Positions 40,751-52,785 of a stretch of DNA of 64,000 nt are shown one piece after another. The first letter of the stretch is position 1. Every line of letters begins with the position of its first letter. The DNA is taken from positions 1 to 64,000 of the forward strand of contig MU271246.1 of assembly GCA_021432655.1 (NCBI GenBank), given 5' to 3'. The translations under genes were made by a program, and so were the position numbers. The notes under the pieces are model-generated. The model saw only the letters and a program-made list of their open reading frames with translations. It was not told where the DNA came from and did not search any database. Source of the stretch: Atractiella rhizophila (taxonomy: Eukaryota).

Positions 40751-42166
40751 ATGGTAGAATCCTGCACTGGCTACAGCTCCTCCCTTCCTCTGCTTCTTTA
40801 CACCTCTTATATGCACTGGAACACCTGTGAGGATTATGTTGGGATTGCGAATGCATTGTACTATTTTAGTGTCATACAAACATGGTAACTCATCCTTATC
40901 AGACAAAAAAATTATTCCACGGCTGACTCATGAATCAGCTTCATCTGATGCAGTAGAGATTACTCAAAAATCATACTTGCAAACATACTAAGTTATTTCC
41001 CTAACTCACAAGCAATTAGCATGGCCAGAAATCACCCAAGCAAAGGAAAAGCATACCTTCGGAGCAGGTGAAAAGATACCTAACAAAGTTCCATCTCATC
41101 AGTCTCCGGTGCAATTTGGAACCAAGGAAAGAACAAATGAAAAAGATACTTACATTAACCGTCAGAACTGCCACGATCTTTCCCTTCCAAGAGCGTAATC
41201 GAGCCTTTCTTCCACATCATTAAGTAGCAATAACACAGGCATGCGTCTTCAAGCTATCACACCGCTGATGTGGAGGACCTTGCATTTGAGCGTTCAAGGC
41301 AGGGCGTGTTGTCTTGCTGTCCCCCAATACATTAGAAGGCAGAACAAAGCTGTCTTTTGAACATTCATAGAAGGAACCCTATATTAACTTGTTGGTCTCA
41401 TCCCAGAATGATGCAAGTCGAAGCATTGTCGCCAAACCACAGTTTTCGAAGCATGCCACCCAATTTTCCTGTTCCTCCCTACCACTAACGAGCATACGAC
41501 ACACCTTTAGCGGTTTCCCACCTCGCTCTGTCGTTGGGCATCTTCTCCTGCTTGGCACAAAGCCCCATATCCTTCTTTATTCACTTTCGCCAGTAGTGGT
41601 CCATTACAAAGCGAATTTCACAGCAGACACATCGGAGTACCTGAGAGGCATTATGGAGCGGGTGTATGACTTGGAGAGGTACGATTGTGGCATATTCGTT
41701 GGATTGGTGCCCAAAATCTACCCTAACCCTACTACCTCCTGTCCTTCGCCAAAGGAAAAATGCAAAGTCCAAACCTGCATGTTGGTGGTACCACGCCAAA
41801 AGCGACAACACCAGGTTTCCAACTGGAAAATGTGAAATCAAAAAGTTGATGCGATGCCCACCGAAAAACTTGTCGACGGGCAAGAAATTTGGCCGTCTGA
41901 AGCTCAAATCAAAAAGGTCAGTGCCACCCAGAACAAATTTGATGCTCAGTCTGCCGAAGTTCGGCGGAGCTGTGACTCAGGCACACAGCATCAAAAAAGC
42001 TCTCCACAACCATCCAGATTGCGCTGCAATCCTTACCACGTCCCTCGCAAGTGCACCAGCGTCAGTTTTTGGTTAACCATGTTTCTTCCCTGGAGTCCGA
42101 GTCTTCTCCGCCTTCCATCTCTTCCCTCCGCCTCCTCACTTCCTCACTCGGTTCTCAAATTCAATC

Positions 42167-43083
42167 ATGTCGCCTCAAATGTTCCCACCAACGAGCACCA
42201 ACGTCTATTTTGATGCAGTGGAAGTACAAAACATCCTAGAGATAATTAGAGAGCGAGCCAGTTGTGAAGGGGCGGCGGCGGTAGCCATTTTGGAGGAGTG
42301 GGATGCGGTTCACGGAGCAGGGGAGTTCAAACCGCTGGAGGCGGTGGCAGAGGTACGAATCACCTTCATTCGCTTTGAGAAGATAGTGACCTGCGGAAAA
42401 GGTACACGCGAAGGCTGGGGCACTCCTTGCTTCATCAAGGTGCCTTTCACCATGCTCCCGTTACGCGACTTTTCCAACCTTCGGCGAGGTCAGCAAGCAT
42501 CAGAGCCTGAGCTACAAGGGGATGAGTTTGTGCTATACGTGGTGAGGCTTATTGCACTTGTTGTGTGACCTTGATGCTGAGCCCGTTGTTTGCAGAACAA
42601 GACACCGAGGAAGAGTCGACCAAAACGCTTCGAGCTGACTGCCTTTGGGAAAGCAAATACTCAGGTCAGCTTTCCCTTATTCGAATTTGCGTCCTCACGC
42701 TTCACGCGCACAGTCTCGTCTCAAGAAACCCTCGCGCCATCGCCGGTCCATGCGTTGGCAAGACATTCGAAAGCTCCCGGATGGTCTCGTCATCACCAAC
42801 CAGGCATGTTTTCCTTTGCTCCTTCATCCAACCTTTTCATGCAACTTATGTTTCATTTGATAGCGCGGACACGAGGCGCCGAAAGTAATTGCTGAAATGT
42901 CCTTCAAAGAGTATCATCGATTCTTGAATGCTGGCCAACCGTTCGAGACGGAGAGCGAAAGCTCTGATGCACAGGAGGAAGCTACAGGAAGCTCGCGCAA
43001 CCGTGTCAAGGGTGAATAAAATAGCATGGAATTGAATTCATATTACTATTTACTTCCCTGTAGGAGCCAATAAGTCAACTTAA
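42167..43083 (+). CDS. Transposon-borne hypothetical protein (5 exons, one GC-AG intron)
   Basis: Splices to an open frame: MSPQMFPP...FVLYV|NKTPRKSRPKRFELTAFGKANTQ|SRLKKPSRHRRSMRW...TNQ|RGHEAPK...VK|GANKST*. Confidence 0.65.
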
Positions 43084-43109
43084 GTGCTACAATCTCACGG
43101 TGGCCATGA

Positions 43110-46100
43110 TTAATGAGGAAGTTCAGCATCCATAGTCGCAAGAGCATTGAGGATGGCCGCCATTGTCCGCTCCAGGTTCATAAGAAGGGTGCTCTATCTT
43201 CTCATGAACAATGGAAATGGCAGTGAGAATTGCGTACCCGCATCTTGACATTCGTGCGGACCTTTCCTCCCAGCTGATGAATCAAAGCACGAAGGCCATC
43301 ATCCGACAAGGTGTCTGCCTGGAATCCGGACTGGAAGCAGGGCAATGTAAGGAGAGTCGGAGAGGGACGGGCGAGCGTTTCCTTAATCTGCAATTGAACT
43401 GCTTTCGATTCTCGGTGCTTTCTAACACCTTCATGGACAAGCACTTTGCGGTCAAGTCGAGGGATCGGTGGAAGGAATCTCTCAACCATTTCGCTATTTC
43501 AGACGGTATAGGCATTCAAAATGTAATAATGTTTGTTTGGGTCTGCTGTTCGATGCTGAATCGCACGCCTCCGCTGTTCAGTCATCTTCCGTTCTTGACG
43601 TAGCAGTTCAAATCCATCGTCGACGCACCCTGCTATCTGGCAGGCATGCTGAATATTGACAATCCCTTTGATTTTGTCCTTTAAGCAGATTTAGTACCTT
43701 TTAAACCGAGATATATACTTGGAGCAATGACTTACTACTGAATCGAGTCGCGATAATTGCGGAGAGGGTAGTAAGAGAGGAAGCTGATGGTGCTTGTACC
43801 AAGCTCCTGTGAAGCTCATTTGACAGCCATATATGTGGAGTTCTTGATTATTCTGCCCGGCACGATAGTCGACCGGCTGCAGAAGAAGCATTTGGTCGAC
43901 GCGAAAGATGTACGGATACTGAGATAGCGAATGTAAGCAAGGAACCCGAGACGAGAGGAGTTGAAGAGAGAGACAACGTACACGTTCCTCCGGCTCTACC
44001 AGGATAAACGTTCCGGTGCGCACCTCCTCTTCAGAGTGAGCAATAACTGAACGGACTTGAAGATGGTTGAAATCGCGAAAGCTGTTACCATCCGATGATA
44101 GAGGAATTGAGGGCTGCAGCTTATGAAAAATGGTGTCCATTGCAGCTTCGAGACGTCTTGTGGTTTATATGGACAGCGAAGACGGGTTTATAAGCTAAAA
44201 GTTTCGACAGACTGACGTATGCTGTAGTTTTCTCAGTCGCCGTAGCGCTAGACTTTCGTTGTAGAAACCTATGAGGATAACTCGTTCTTGGTCACAAGTT
44301 CCTTGTCGAAGGGAGTGTAATACCTTCAGAAACGAAAGGAGCAGCCCGCCTTCAGTCGAAACTTGTCTTTCCACTTAGAGACGGACTATAATAGGTAGTT
44401 TCGTGTCACCCTTAACTCCCGCTGCAACTCTACAAGTAGAGACTCTTGTAGAGTTCTGTACATCTCCTTCTCCAACTTCTCCTCCTCCTCCTAAATGAAG
44501 ACTCTCATCGTTACTTCCTCATACTCGCGCGTGTTTCGTATAAGACCTCTGAAGTCTACTGCTCAAACTAAAGGCAGTGAGTCTATTGCTTTCACTACCT
44601 CCCCTCAGTAATAGTCGACCTCTCCTACTTCCATGTAATCAACTACAAAAGCAAAGCTACGGTAGCGACTGTTACCCGAAAATAATCTATTTACAAGACC
44701 CGGGTTCGAAGGTGTTAACTGACACTACCTCCTGAGTTTCCTCACCAAAGGCATAAGCTTATTCGTCCAGACAGGACGATAACAATATAAGACGAGTCGC
44801 TAACTACAGACTGGTACTTTCGTCGTACGAGACAGACTGGATGAGGAGTTAGAGGAAGCTGTGTTTTAGGGTCTTAGAGAAGCGTTCGAGGAGACCTTCG
44901 AATATGGCCTTAAACCAAGACTCGTACGTTGCAACTTTCGCCGAAACGGGAGTTTCCTTGCCGAATTCCCCAAACGTTTTCTTCTACCTCCTAAACCCAC
45001 AACCTCGCGCCTGAGTACTTATAACACCAGTGTCCCCGTTAAAACAGATACACTTGTTGGGAGTTATGGTACTATCGCCTCCACACAGATAGTTACGAAA
45101 ATGAAAGATCAACACGTGATGAGTAAGTTTATTGGTCCGGTAACGTTTTGGGAGAGTAGTCTTTTGTAGAGTGGAAAGACGGTCTTCTGTGACCGCTATG
45201 GCAAGTTCTCGACATAGTCCCGCTATTCACCTTCTCCCTTTAGTTACGCGCGGAGGATTGCGGAAGGTAACAACAGTTTCCTGTCGAGATGAAATGACTG
45301 CTCCAAGACTTCGATTTCCTACCAAGAATGAAGGAACAGAGGGCGACCAAACATTTCCGGCCACACCACGTACCGTCACCAATGTTACAGAACACCAGAC
45401 TACACGACTCTCCGAAATAATAGCTGATGTCTCCGTACACAAGGCAAAGATACCTAGTCGACTACTACTTGCCAGGCTGCGTCCTCCTCCTTCTAGGCCT
45501 AAGGTTAAAGTAGTTTCCATACTACAGGGGACCACGAGTGTAACCTTCTTGGCGAGTGGTAAAAGTATCCACAGAGTTGACGTCTTCCGAACTAGGTGGG
45601 GGTTCTTCGGACCTTCGGCTAGAGTTTGGAAGCGCGAGTCACATTTCCTGCTGCTCAACACTGCCAAGGTCATCAGGACATACGACTACTATGCAGGCCT
45701 TTGGCAAGTTTCTTCACCTTGTTCGTGGTCTCGAAAGAGCGCTGAGATCGTCCATATATGAAGACGAGGAAATACAATTTACGACTACGTAGTCGTGAGT
45801 TAGATCCGGAAGGCTTGTTTGAGGTCGTCGTTCTCAAGACACAAGTTAAAGAGCCTTGGTGGTTACAGCCAAGCCAAGAACTTGAAAACCTCCCACACAC
45901 AGTCGGTCTAAAACATTCATGACATGTCGTTAGTTCTACACTTTTTGGATTAAGGTCAGTACGTCCCTACGTACCTTTCTCGGACATCACCGGAAGCTGA
46001 CAGAATGTCCTCTTCTCTAGTATAAGTCCGGGGAAGGAGAGGAGAAGCTTCCGCTATTAGGGTACGTCAGGCTTAAGACGAGCTAACGTCCAGATCGCAG

Positions 46101-47440
46101 TGACTTCAAGACGGCGCGCAGACATTTCAACCCCGACTTAGTTTCCGTCTCCTCGTCTGACTTCTTGTATATGTGGTCAAAGAATTTCACGCGCGTTCAA
46201 CCCCCCGACTCAGACAGCAAACTTGTGAGTTGCTACCGTATCACACCGCTTGGCGCTTCTGGGGATCTCTGTGAGCGTAGGGAAGCGGCGAGACAACGGT
46301 AACGTCGACTAGACTGTAATGGGTTTCCAGTTTAGCTACGACTTGCTTGGAGGAGGCCGCAGTTCCTATTGCAATGTTGTAAGAAGCACCTCGTTAACAA
46401 CGTCGACGCGTTCCTGAAGGTACCTAGTTTACTCCGCGAAGTTCGGCTTTATTGCTTCTGTAATCTTCTCATAGTAAGCTCTGTCAAGGTCGTGTTGGGA
46501 CGTAAAGTCGAAAACCCAAATCTAAAACTAAAGGTAGCACTGTGGGGAAAGCTTCAGAACGTGCCTTAAGACGAACCTAAACAGTTCATGAAAACCGCGC
46601 TATTGTAGTTCACCGAGAGAGGAAGGGTTTCCCGTAACCATGATGCTTTTGACCTGAGAGAACTCCAAAGACCTGACTTGTGCCTTGCCTAGGGTCCGAG
46701 AGTTGAACAGCTAATACGGGTGTCGGACCACCCGTTTCTAAAATTTAACTAATACGTTCAACGCGACAAACGTGAGCTGCCTCACGACCTTTTGCTCGAA
46801 CACAGCTAAACCCAACGAGAACCCGCAGACCCAAGCGACCATACCGCGGGGTTTCAGTGAAGCTTCCTCTGAATATAACAAACAGAAACTCATAAAGGTT
46901 CGTGGTCGACTACTCGTTCCTGAGGTCTTGCTGAACCTTCGTCGTTAGCGAAAGAAGGACCTGAGTTGACGTTCGGACTGCTGTGTTTACCAAGTTGTTT
47001 GCTTTCAAAGTAGAGGAGCAAGTAGAACGTCTGTTGCAGGCAGCTAAGCCTCACGGATAGTTGATACGGTGGCTTTTTAAGCTTTCGATGTTGCCACATC
47101 ACGTAGACGCGAGTTAAAAGAGATTGGTAGTTCGAGGGCCTCAGCTGTAACGTCGGAGGAAAAGTCCGATGCTGGCTCATGCGGTGTAAAAGTCGCCGCC
47201 CAAGACCTTCCTGTTCCGGTGACCAGTTACCCAAACACGCAGGAGCTTACAAGAGTCGGAATACGCGCTGTTCAGGATAAGAGTCTACGATCCTGAATGT
47301 GAGGGCGTAAGCACCAGACTTAGAGTAAGCTATTGGTTGGCAAGTGGTCCAAACAGAAGAGACTAAGTCACTGGAAAGACTGTAACTGTTGGGCAGTCCA
47401 TGAACCCTCGAACTCTCAGTCTCGTTGTACGTGAATGGTC
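43110..47440 (-). CDS. DDE transposase, CMC(EnSpm/Mirage/Chapaev)-like fungal family. 44143-47440 must be read as plain complement; premature TGA at 43499-43501; start probably in gap 47441-47465
   Basis: Complement gives CRFC..HQKSQRH zinc finger, EWFPY, NPLIRKHLTFLPED, LYADDTSGNRSKKWNKH, GDNPMQSEFCS..FCR.C, GVKD, DTPFEVLHGILLGFVKYFW, KFHLLVHL..RRFG..TEKFESYN; joins in frame to normal-strand AMDTIFHKL... and IQHAC..QER..YILN. Confidence 0.9.
44143..47440. other. Mirror-reversed segment 2, left of 25-N gap
   Basis: Complement strand shows GT-AG introns and transposase motifs; in-frame join at 44142 (MHLP-A-MDTIF). Confidence 0.96.
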
Positions 47441-47602
47441 NNNNNNNNNNNNNNNNNNNNNNNNNCCTCTTTCAGTGTCTCTCAATATATTGCTTTTAGC
47501 GCTGATTTTCAAGTTCTGAAGTTATCGTATTCAAACTGTGGTTCTAAGGTATGCAATTCCTCGTTAGTGGTGTTTGTCTCGATCATTAACAAACTGAAGC
47601 AG

Positions 47603-49003
47603 ATGGCTCAGTTCAATGACTACAACTCGCTGCTCAGTGGTCTGAATGTCTCTGGCACAGGCTTCAATACCGCAAACAGCACCCCGGTGATCAACACCCC
47701 CTCCAACGACCCATTTGCCGTCCGTCGCCAGGAACTTCGCGACAACTCTGACAATGGAACTGAAGAGCTCACCCATCGCGCTCCTGCTAGTGGGTATGGT
47801 ACCTTTGGGAACCCAGCCTACAGGAGGTCGGGACGTCAGCATCAGCATGGTAGAATTCAACGCTGTGATCGAGGGGATCGTCAGTACTCGGCCATTACTC
47901 AAGCCACAGGATATCCCTGCGTTGTTGCGTTTTGGCGTAGTAAGTATTTCTTCAGCGTCATTGTCTGTAAGAACATAATGTGAGGTGCATCCCAGGCACC
48001 TGAGGTTGTTCAGAGGGTTGAAACTGAAGGCGGATCTTTTGGTCCTCACTCGACAAGTGGAAGCGCACGACCTGAAAACTGATCAAGCAATGGTCAGTCA
48101 GTAAGGATCTGAAGGTAAGATGTCCACTCTACTTCGTGCAGATACACACTCTGACATACTTCCCAGGAGTTCCTCCGTCAGCTGGTTGCGGAACTCCTCC
48201 GCACACCAGATGTCTATGCTTACAAGGTCAAGTTTGGTGACCGGGCGAAAGTGAGTCGTCATCGCTCTCTTAATGATGTCTCCTCCTTAGATTGGTTTGA
48301 AAGATGCCATCTTTCAAACCAAACTCATGATTGCTTTTCACTTTTACTATCGGATCTGACAACGTGTTGCGGGGTTGGGGATAACAGAGGTACATCGAAA
48401 AGGCTGAACGCGAGGCTGGAACGAAGTATTTCACCGCTGCTTGGGAAGAAGGCTCTATCATGCAGAAGAAAGTGATGAAGGTCATTGAATATGAGGCGGG
48501 TCAAGAACGCTCCGCGATCAAGGAAATTGTGGGCGTTTTCGTTCTGGTTTAGCAGGCAAGGCTGATACGCCAGTATATAGATCGAAAAATCGATCCAAGA
48601 AGGGTGGGATATCATTAAGCTCGCAGTTGCGGTCGTGAATGGCTACAACATCCGCCCCAGTGCAGAACTGCAAATCCGTCTTGCTTACATTGTAAGTATG
48701 GTTTCTCCATTTGATATGTATATGCTGATTTGTTGGATAAGCGGTCTTTACGTGCCGGCCAACACGGTGACTTCACAACTAGGAATTTCTGGAATCAGGT
48801 CGATGCAAAGATGGCAGATGTGCGTAAGAGTTTGACAGCCACGACGTGTGTATAGTTCTTTGGCTTTCATCTACCTGTTTATACTTACAAGATGTGCTAG
48901 GTTCTATTCAGAATGCTTAGCTTGGGACCAGGGCAAGTGGCCGGTTCAGCAAAGCTCAAGAGACTCCCTTCGAGATGTCGAGACTCTGGCTACCGGCGTC
49001 TGA
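47603..49003 (+). CDS. Transposon accessory protein (multi-exon), divergent from the transposase
   Basis: MAQFNDYNS...; FLRQLVAELLRTPDVYAYK; ELQIRLAYI|RSLR..NFWNQVDAKMADVRK..FYSECLAWDQGKW..ATGV*. Confidence 0.7.
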
Positions 49004-49593
49004 GCATGAGCCTATATAGGTAACGTCTTTTCCCGTTTCGTTCTGCAAATGTCTCTCTCATTGATATATAGGGCAGCACGCTTCAAGTTCCTCAGTGGCC
49101 GATCCACGCCGTGCTCTTTCTCAGCTACTTCAAAGTGATGCGGATGCATCTGCCCTCTCGTATACCGGTAGACAAAAGTCTGGCCATTATGCAATATAAC
49201 ATACATTTCTATTTATTAATTTCTGGCAAGGAATCTGGGAGAATGCAAGCGCAACAAAAAACAGAAAGTGGAACCGGGACTACAAGTTGTGTCGGACGCA
49301 CTTGCTGGCGAGCTGGTTAGCGTGTTGCCACCAACTGGCCTCACCATCAATCTTTTGATCCTGTCTGTCTGTCGCTCAGTCAGCTTCCGGAGGCACGTTC
49401 GAGCGAGATGGGTGGAATTCAAAATTTTGTGCTACAGCATCAAACATTTGGTTGGACTGAGGATGAAATTCCAAATGTCGGCGTTGGGTCCTGCTGGCGA
49501 AGTGCTGGGGAGCTCATTTCGGTAACTCGACCACGAGCAAAAAACGTCCCAAATCCACATCCCCAGAACGTGGGTTTCAGTTTGGCGTGTAAG

Positions 49594-49666
49594 CAGGGAA
49601 CCTGACGGCAAAATAGAGTTCCTGCGTGTAGCCATCAGGTCACCTGCCGAAAGAATTTCCACGGTG
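49594..49666. repeat. Right subterminal repeats and TIR
   Basis: cagggaacctg (49594), caggtcacctg (49636), ends ...tttccacggtg. Confidence 0.85.
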
Positions 49667-50056
49667 TTCATCCCCATCCCCTGTCATCCCCATCTCCAAT
49701 CCGTAACTCCTCTTCTCGTGACTCCCGTACCGCCAGGGCCGTGGGGCATGCATACTGTGGACAGAGAGAGTAGTGATGTTAGGTCACATCCCTCCTGCAA
49801 ATAGTAGCAAACGAAGCACAAACATAACATCTGCTGCTTCTATCATAGCTGTCCATGCAGCGAGGCGTTTCCTAACTATACTAAAAGTTCTCATTTCCTA
49901 ATTCCTAAATACACAGTACAGTACTACCAGCAAACCATCCAGAGTCCGTTCGAACCAAGAACTTGACACATCGACGTCAAGGGTCGTTAAAGGGTACTAG
50001 AACGTTAAAAGCAAATCTGACAATTGTTCGTTGCACAAAAAAAGGATTGAAGCACG

Positions 50057-51327
50057 TTAGGTTCCGAAGACCACTCCCAAGACGATGGCGAGAACGACGA
50101 TTATCAAAACGAAACACCCGAAGAGATACCACCTAAGCTTGCGCGCGTTTCGAGCGCTCTTGACCGCTTCCCGCATGTTTTTCAGCCTAGTACAAGCAAA
50201 GTTCGTACGGTATCAACCATAAGTAAAAGCAATAGGAGAGGACATACGCAAAGCCCATATCTCTAGTCGTATCGTCCACCTTCTCATTAATGCGCTCTAT
50301 TTTCTCATCGTCTTGTTCAACCATGATTGAGAGCTGCATAAGAGCGTAAGGACAGTCCTCACTGAGATGGAGAAACCGAACAGACCTCATTGACGAGTTG
50401 GGCAAGTTGGGTCATTGTCTGTTCGATCTTCTTTATTTCGTCCCTCCTTTCTTGGACATCCTGGTAAGCACTCCTCGCATCCGAATATCGATTCGAGTTC
50501 AAAAGCTTCCACGCTGTCATTGGCTTGTGAGCGGATGACGCACAGAAGTGCTCACAGCTTGAGAAAATATCTGGTCTCCCCTGCCGTCCTCGATCGCACT
50601 TCGCACTTCCTCGTCCGTCTGCCCTTCATCAGCCTTCCTCTCACGGAGACCGATTTCAGACCCACCGCCTCAGGTTTCACAATCTTATACTGTCTCTCCA
50701 TCCGCTCCCTCAGTTTGTCCCTATTCTTCTTCTCTTCCTTCTGATATTCCTCAATGACTCCCTTGAACCTGTTCTTAAGGGCAGCCGCCTGTTGAAGCCG
50801 GACTTTCTTATCATCCCCTGCTGGCAGACGCGCGATAGACTTCTCCAAACGAGTGAGATGGCTCTTGATATTGCTCAATGAACGAGAAGCCTCCTCTTGA
50901 AGTCGTTGAACGCTTTTTGTGGCGGATGGATCACGATCTGGAGAAGACAGTGCTTGTTCTTGGGCGGAGGACAGTTGTTGGATCGTGCCACTGAGGGAGG
51001 TGAGCTGGTCTTGAATTACTGAGAACTGGGAATGAATCTCGTTAGAGGATATTCAGAAATTGACGAGCTATTAGCATTTCAAAGCTTTTGGTAGCTTTGA
51101 AAAGGAGCGGAGTGAGAACTTGTAACGCACCTCATGATTAAAATCGTTCCCTCCTTCTCCAGCTTCCAGGCTACGAGGCTGATCAGAGCCATTTGTCGTT
51201 GGAGCCTTCAAGTTTCCTGCAAGTGAATCCTGGTTCTTCGAAAGCATCCCAGCCATCTCAGTGCTACCATAGTCTGGATATGGTCGAAGGGACGAACCTG
51301 AAACGCAGCCAGTCTATCTCTCGACAT
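50057..51327 (-). CDS. Plasma-membrane syntaxin (Sso1/Sso2-like t-SNARE)
   Basis: MSRDRLAAFQ start; RMERQYKIVKPEA; SNARE motif KIEQTMTQLAQLVNE..IMVEQDDEKI; ARNARKLRW plus C-terminal TM helix. Confidence 0.93.
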
Positions 51328-51330
51328 TTT

Positions 51331-52539
51331 CCCTCTTTCTCTCCTGACACTGGCAATCACCTCCTAAGCTACTAATAGGTCTCGGGAAACGCTTCGACCG
51401 TGGAGAGAACATTCCTCTTCCTCTCACGAGCCTTTATTTAGGCGACGTCGCTGGTCGGACTTCCCGTTGACCGTGTATTTATTATATAGAGTAGCGCTCA
51501 ACATAGCGACGAGGTAAAGTCCGATGCGCTCAAGTTGCTACAACCGTCTTCGGTCGTTCAGTGGTGTGTTCCGGAATACGAGTGTGGTGTATTCTTTATG
51601 ATGAAATTGGCTAAGATTGGGTAATGACTCCGTACTAAAGCGTGTCTAGCCAGTTTAGGTAAGGGTGCGGAGGTGGGTGTGGGAGTGGGATGTGTAGGGA
51701 GGGTGGGAAGGCGAGGGGTGGGAGACCAGGGAGAGGTGGCGGGAGGAGTCGTGTGAGAGGGGGGAGGAGGGAGGAGGAGGAGGAGGGGGTGAGGTGTTGG
51801 CGGATGGAGGCGTGGAGGGGGAGGAGGGGAGGGTAGGGTTTTTTGGAGTGGAGCGGGGGGCGTGGTGGGGAGGTTGGGGGTTGCGACAACTGGCCGCGTG
51901 GTCGCCGCGAATACCGGGAACGCTTACGCGTGCCCCAGCTCACATGCCGCCACACACACGTCTCCCCCTCACGACACGGCGGACCCTACCACCTAATACC
52001 TGAGAGCCGCCTCCCACCTCTCCCCCTCCACCTCCCCACCTTCCGCCACTTCCAATCCTTCCTATTCCCCTCCTTCCTGTCCCCCCTAAGACCTTACATA
52101 TAAACTCTCTACCACCTACCTTACCGACGACCCTTAACACAACACTCAACAACACATCCTAAGTTCAAACACTACTTTGCTTTACACAGGCTTTACAGTA
52201 ATACCTCAAAAAGGGCCTCAATGTCGTCCTGTCGAACGCTGAACGTAGGTTGTTGACGTAGCAGTTATCGTCACCGGTCGCGAGCTTGATTTGTTAGAAT
52301 CGATTAGGGTAGTCGTTCAGTTCACACGGTTAACGAAAGTGCACAAACTCAAAGATGTGTTCTACCTTAGGATTGAAGCTAAACTCACCTTCATAGACGT
52401 CTAGACTTGAGGCAGTAATGGTAGTTATGGCAAGTACTGGTTACATTTCGAAGGGCAAGTCAAACAAAAGCAGCAAGCGCCGAATGAGCCCGGGGCTCGA
52501 AAGCATGCTAGTAACCGCATGTTTCCTGATACTCTCCGC
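51331..52539. other. Mirror-reversed segment 3, left of 246-N gap (left boundary uncertain, ~51331-51361)
   Basis: Complement contains a ctaac...cacag splice acceptor and a coding exon ending GMYI*. Confidence 0.85.
51647..52106 (-). CDS. Terminal exon of a probable proteasome assembly chaperone PAC1/Pba1-like protein (read as plain complement; one indel)
   Basis: IGQIHSH...PPLQPPTLLTGAPAALMALANAHGVECTAV...DSGMYI*; C-terminal HbYX-type motif MYI. Confidence 0.6.
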
Positions 52540-52785
52540 NNNNNNNNNNNNNNNNNNNNNNNNNNNNNNNNNNNNNNNNNNNNNNNNNNNNNNNNNNNNN
52601 NNNNNNNNNNNNNNNNNNNNNNNNNNNNNNNNNNNNNNNNNNNNNNNNNNNNNNNNNNNNNNNNNNNNNNNNNNNNNNNNNNNNNNNNNNNNNNNNNNNN
52701 NNNNNNNNNNNNNNNNNNNNNNNNNNNNNNNNNNNNNNNNNNNNNNNNNNNNNNNNNNNNNNNNNNNNNNNNNNNNNNNNNNNNN

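Larger units (their letters stand above)
40553..49666. mobile_element. 9.1-kb multi-gene TIR DNA transposon (CMC-like DDE transposase, CAC termini, 5-bp TSD)
   Basis: Left caccgtagaaagcttttcggaaggtggcctgctg vs right-end reverse complement caccgtggaaattctttcggcaggtgacctgatg (27/34); TTCAT directly flanks both ends (40548-40552, 49667-49671); encloses transposase. Confidence 0.88.

Noticed and set aside
45171..47234. ORF-track entries 45171-45761, 45227-45673, 46890-47234
   Set aside because: They lie in mirrored transposase sequence and have no recognisable motifs
49743..49759. Alternative CACAG-type right terminus (ggggcatgcatactgtg)
   Set aside because: No matching left end or TSD found; the 49666 end has both
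51635..52155. G-rich then C-rich tract suggesting a G-quadruplex or repeat element
   Set aside because: Explained by a mirrored Pro/Ser/Leu-rich coding exon
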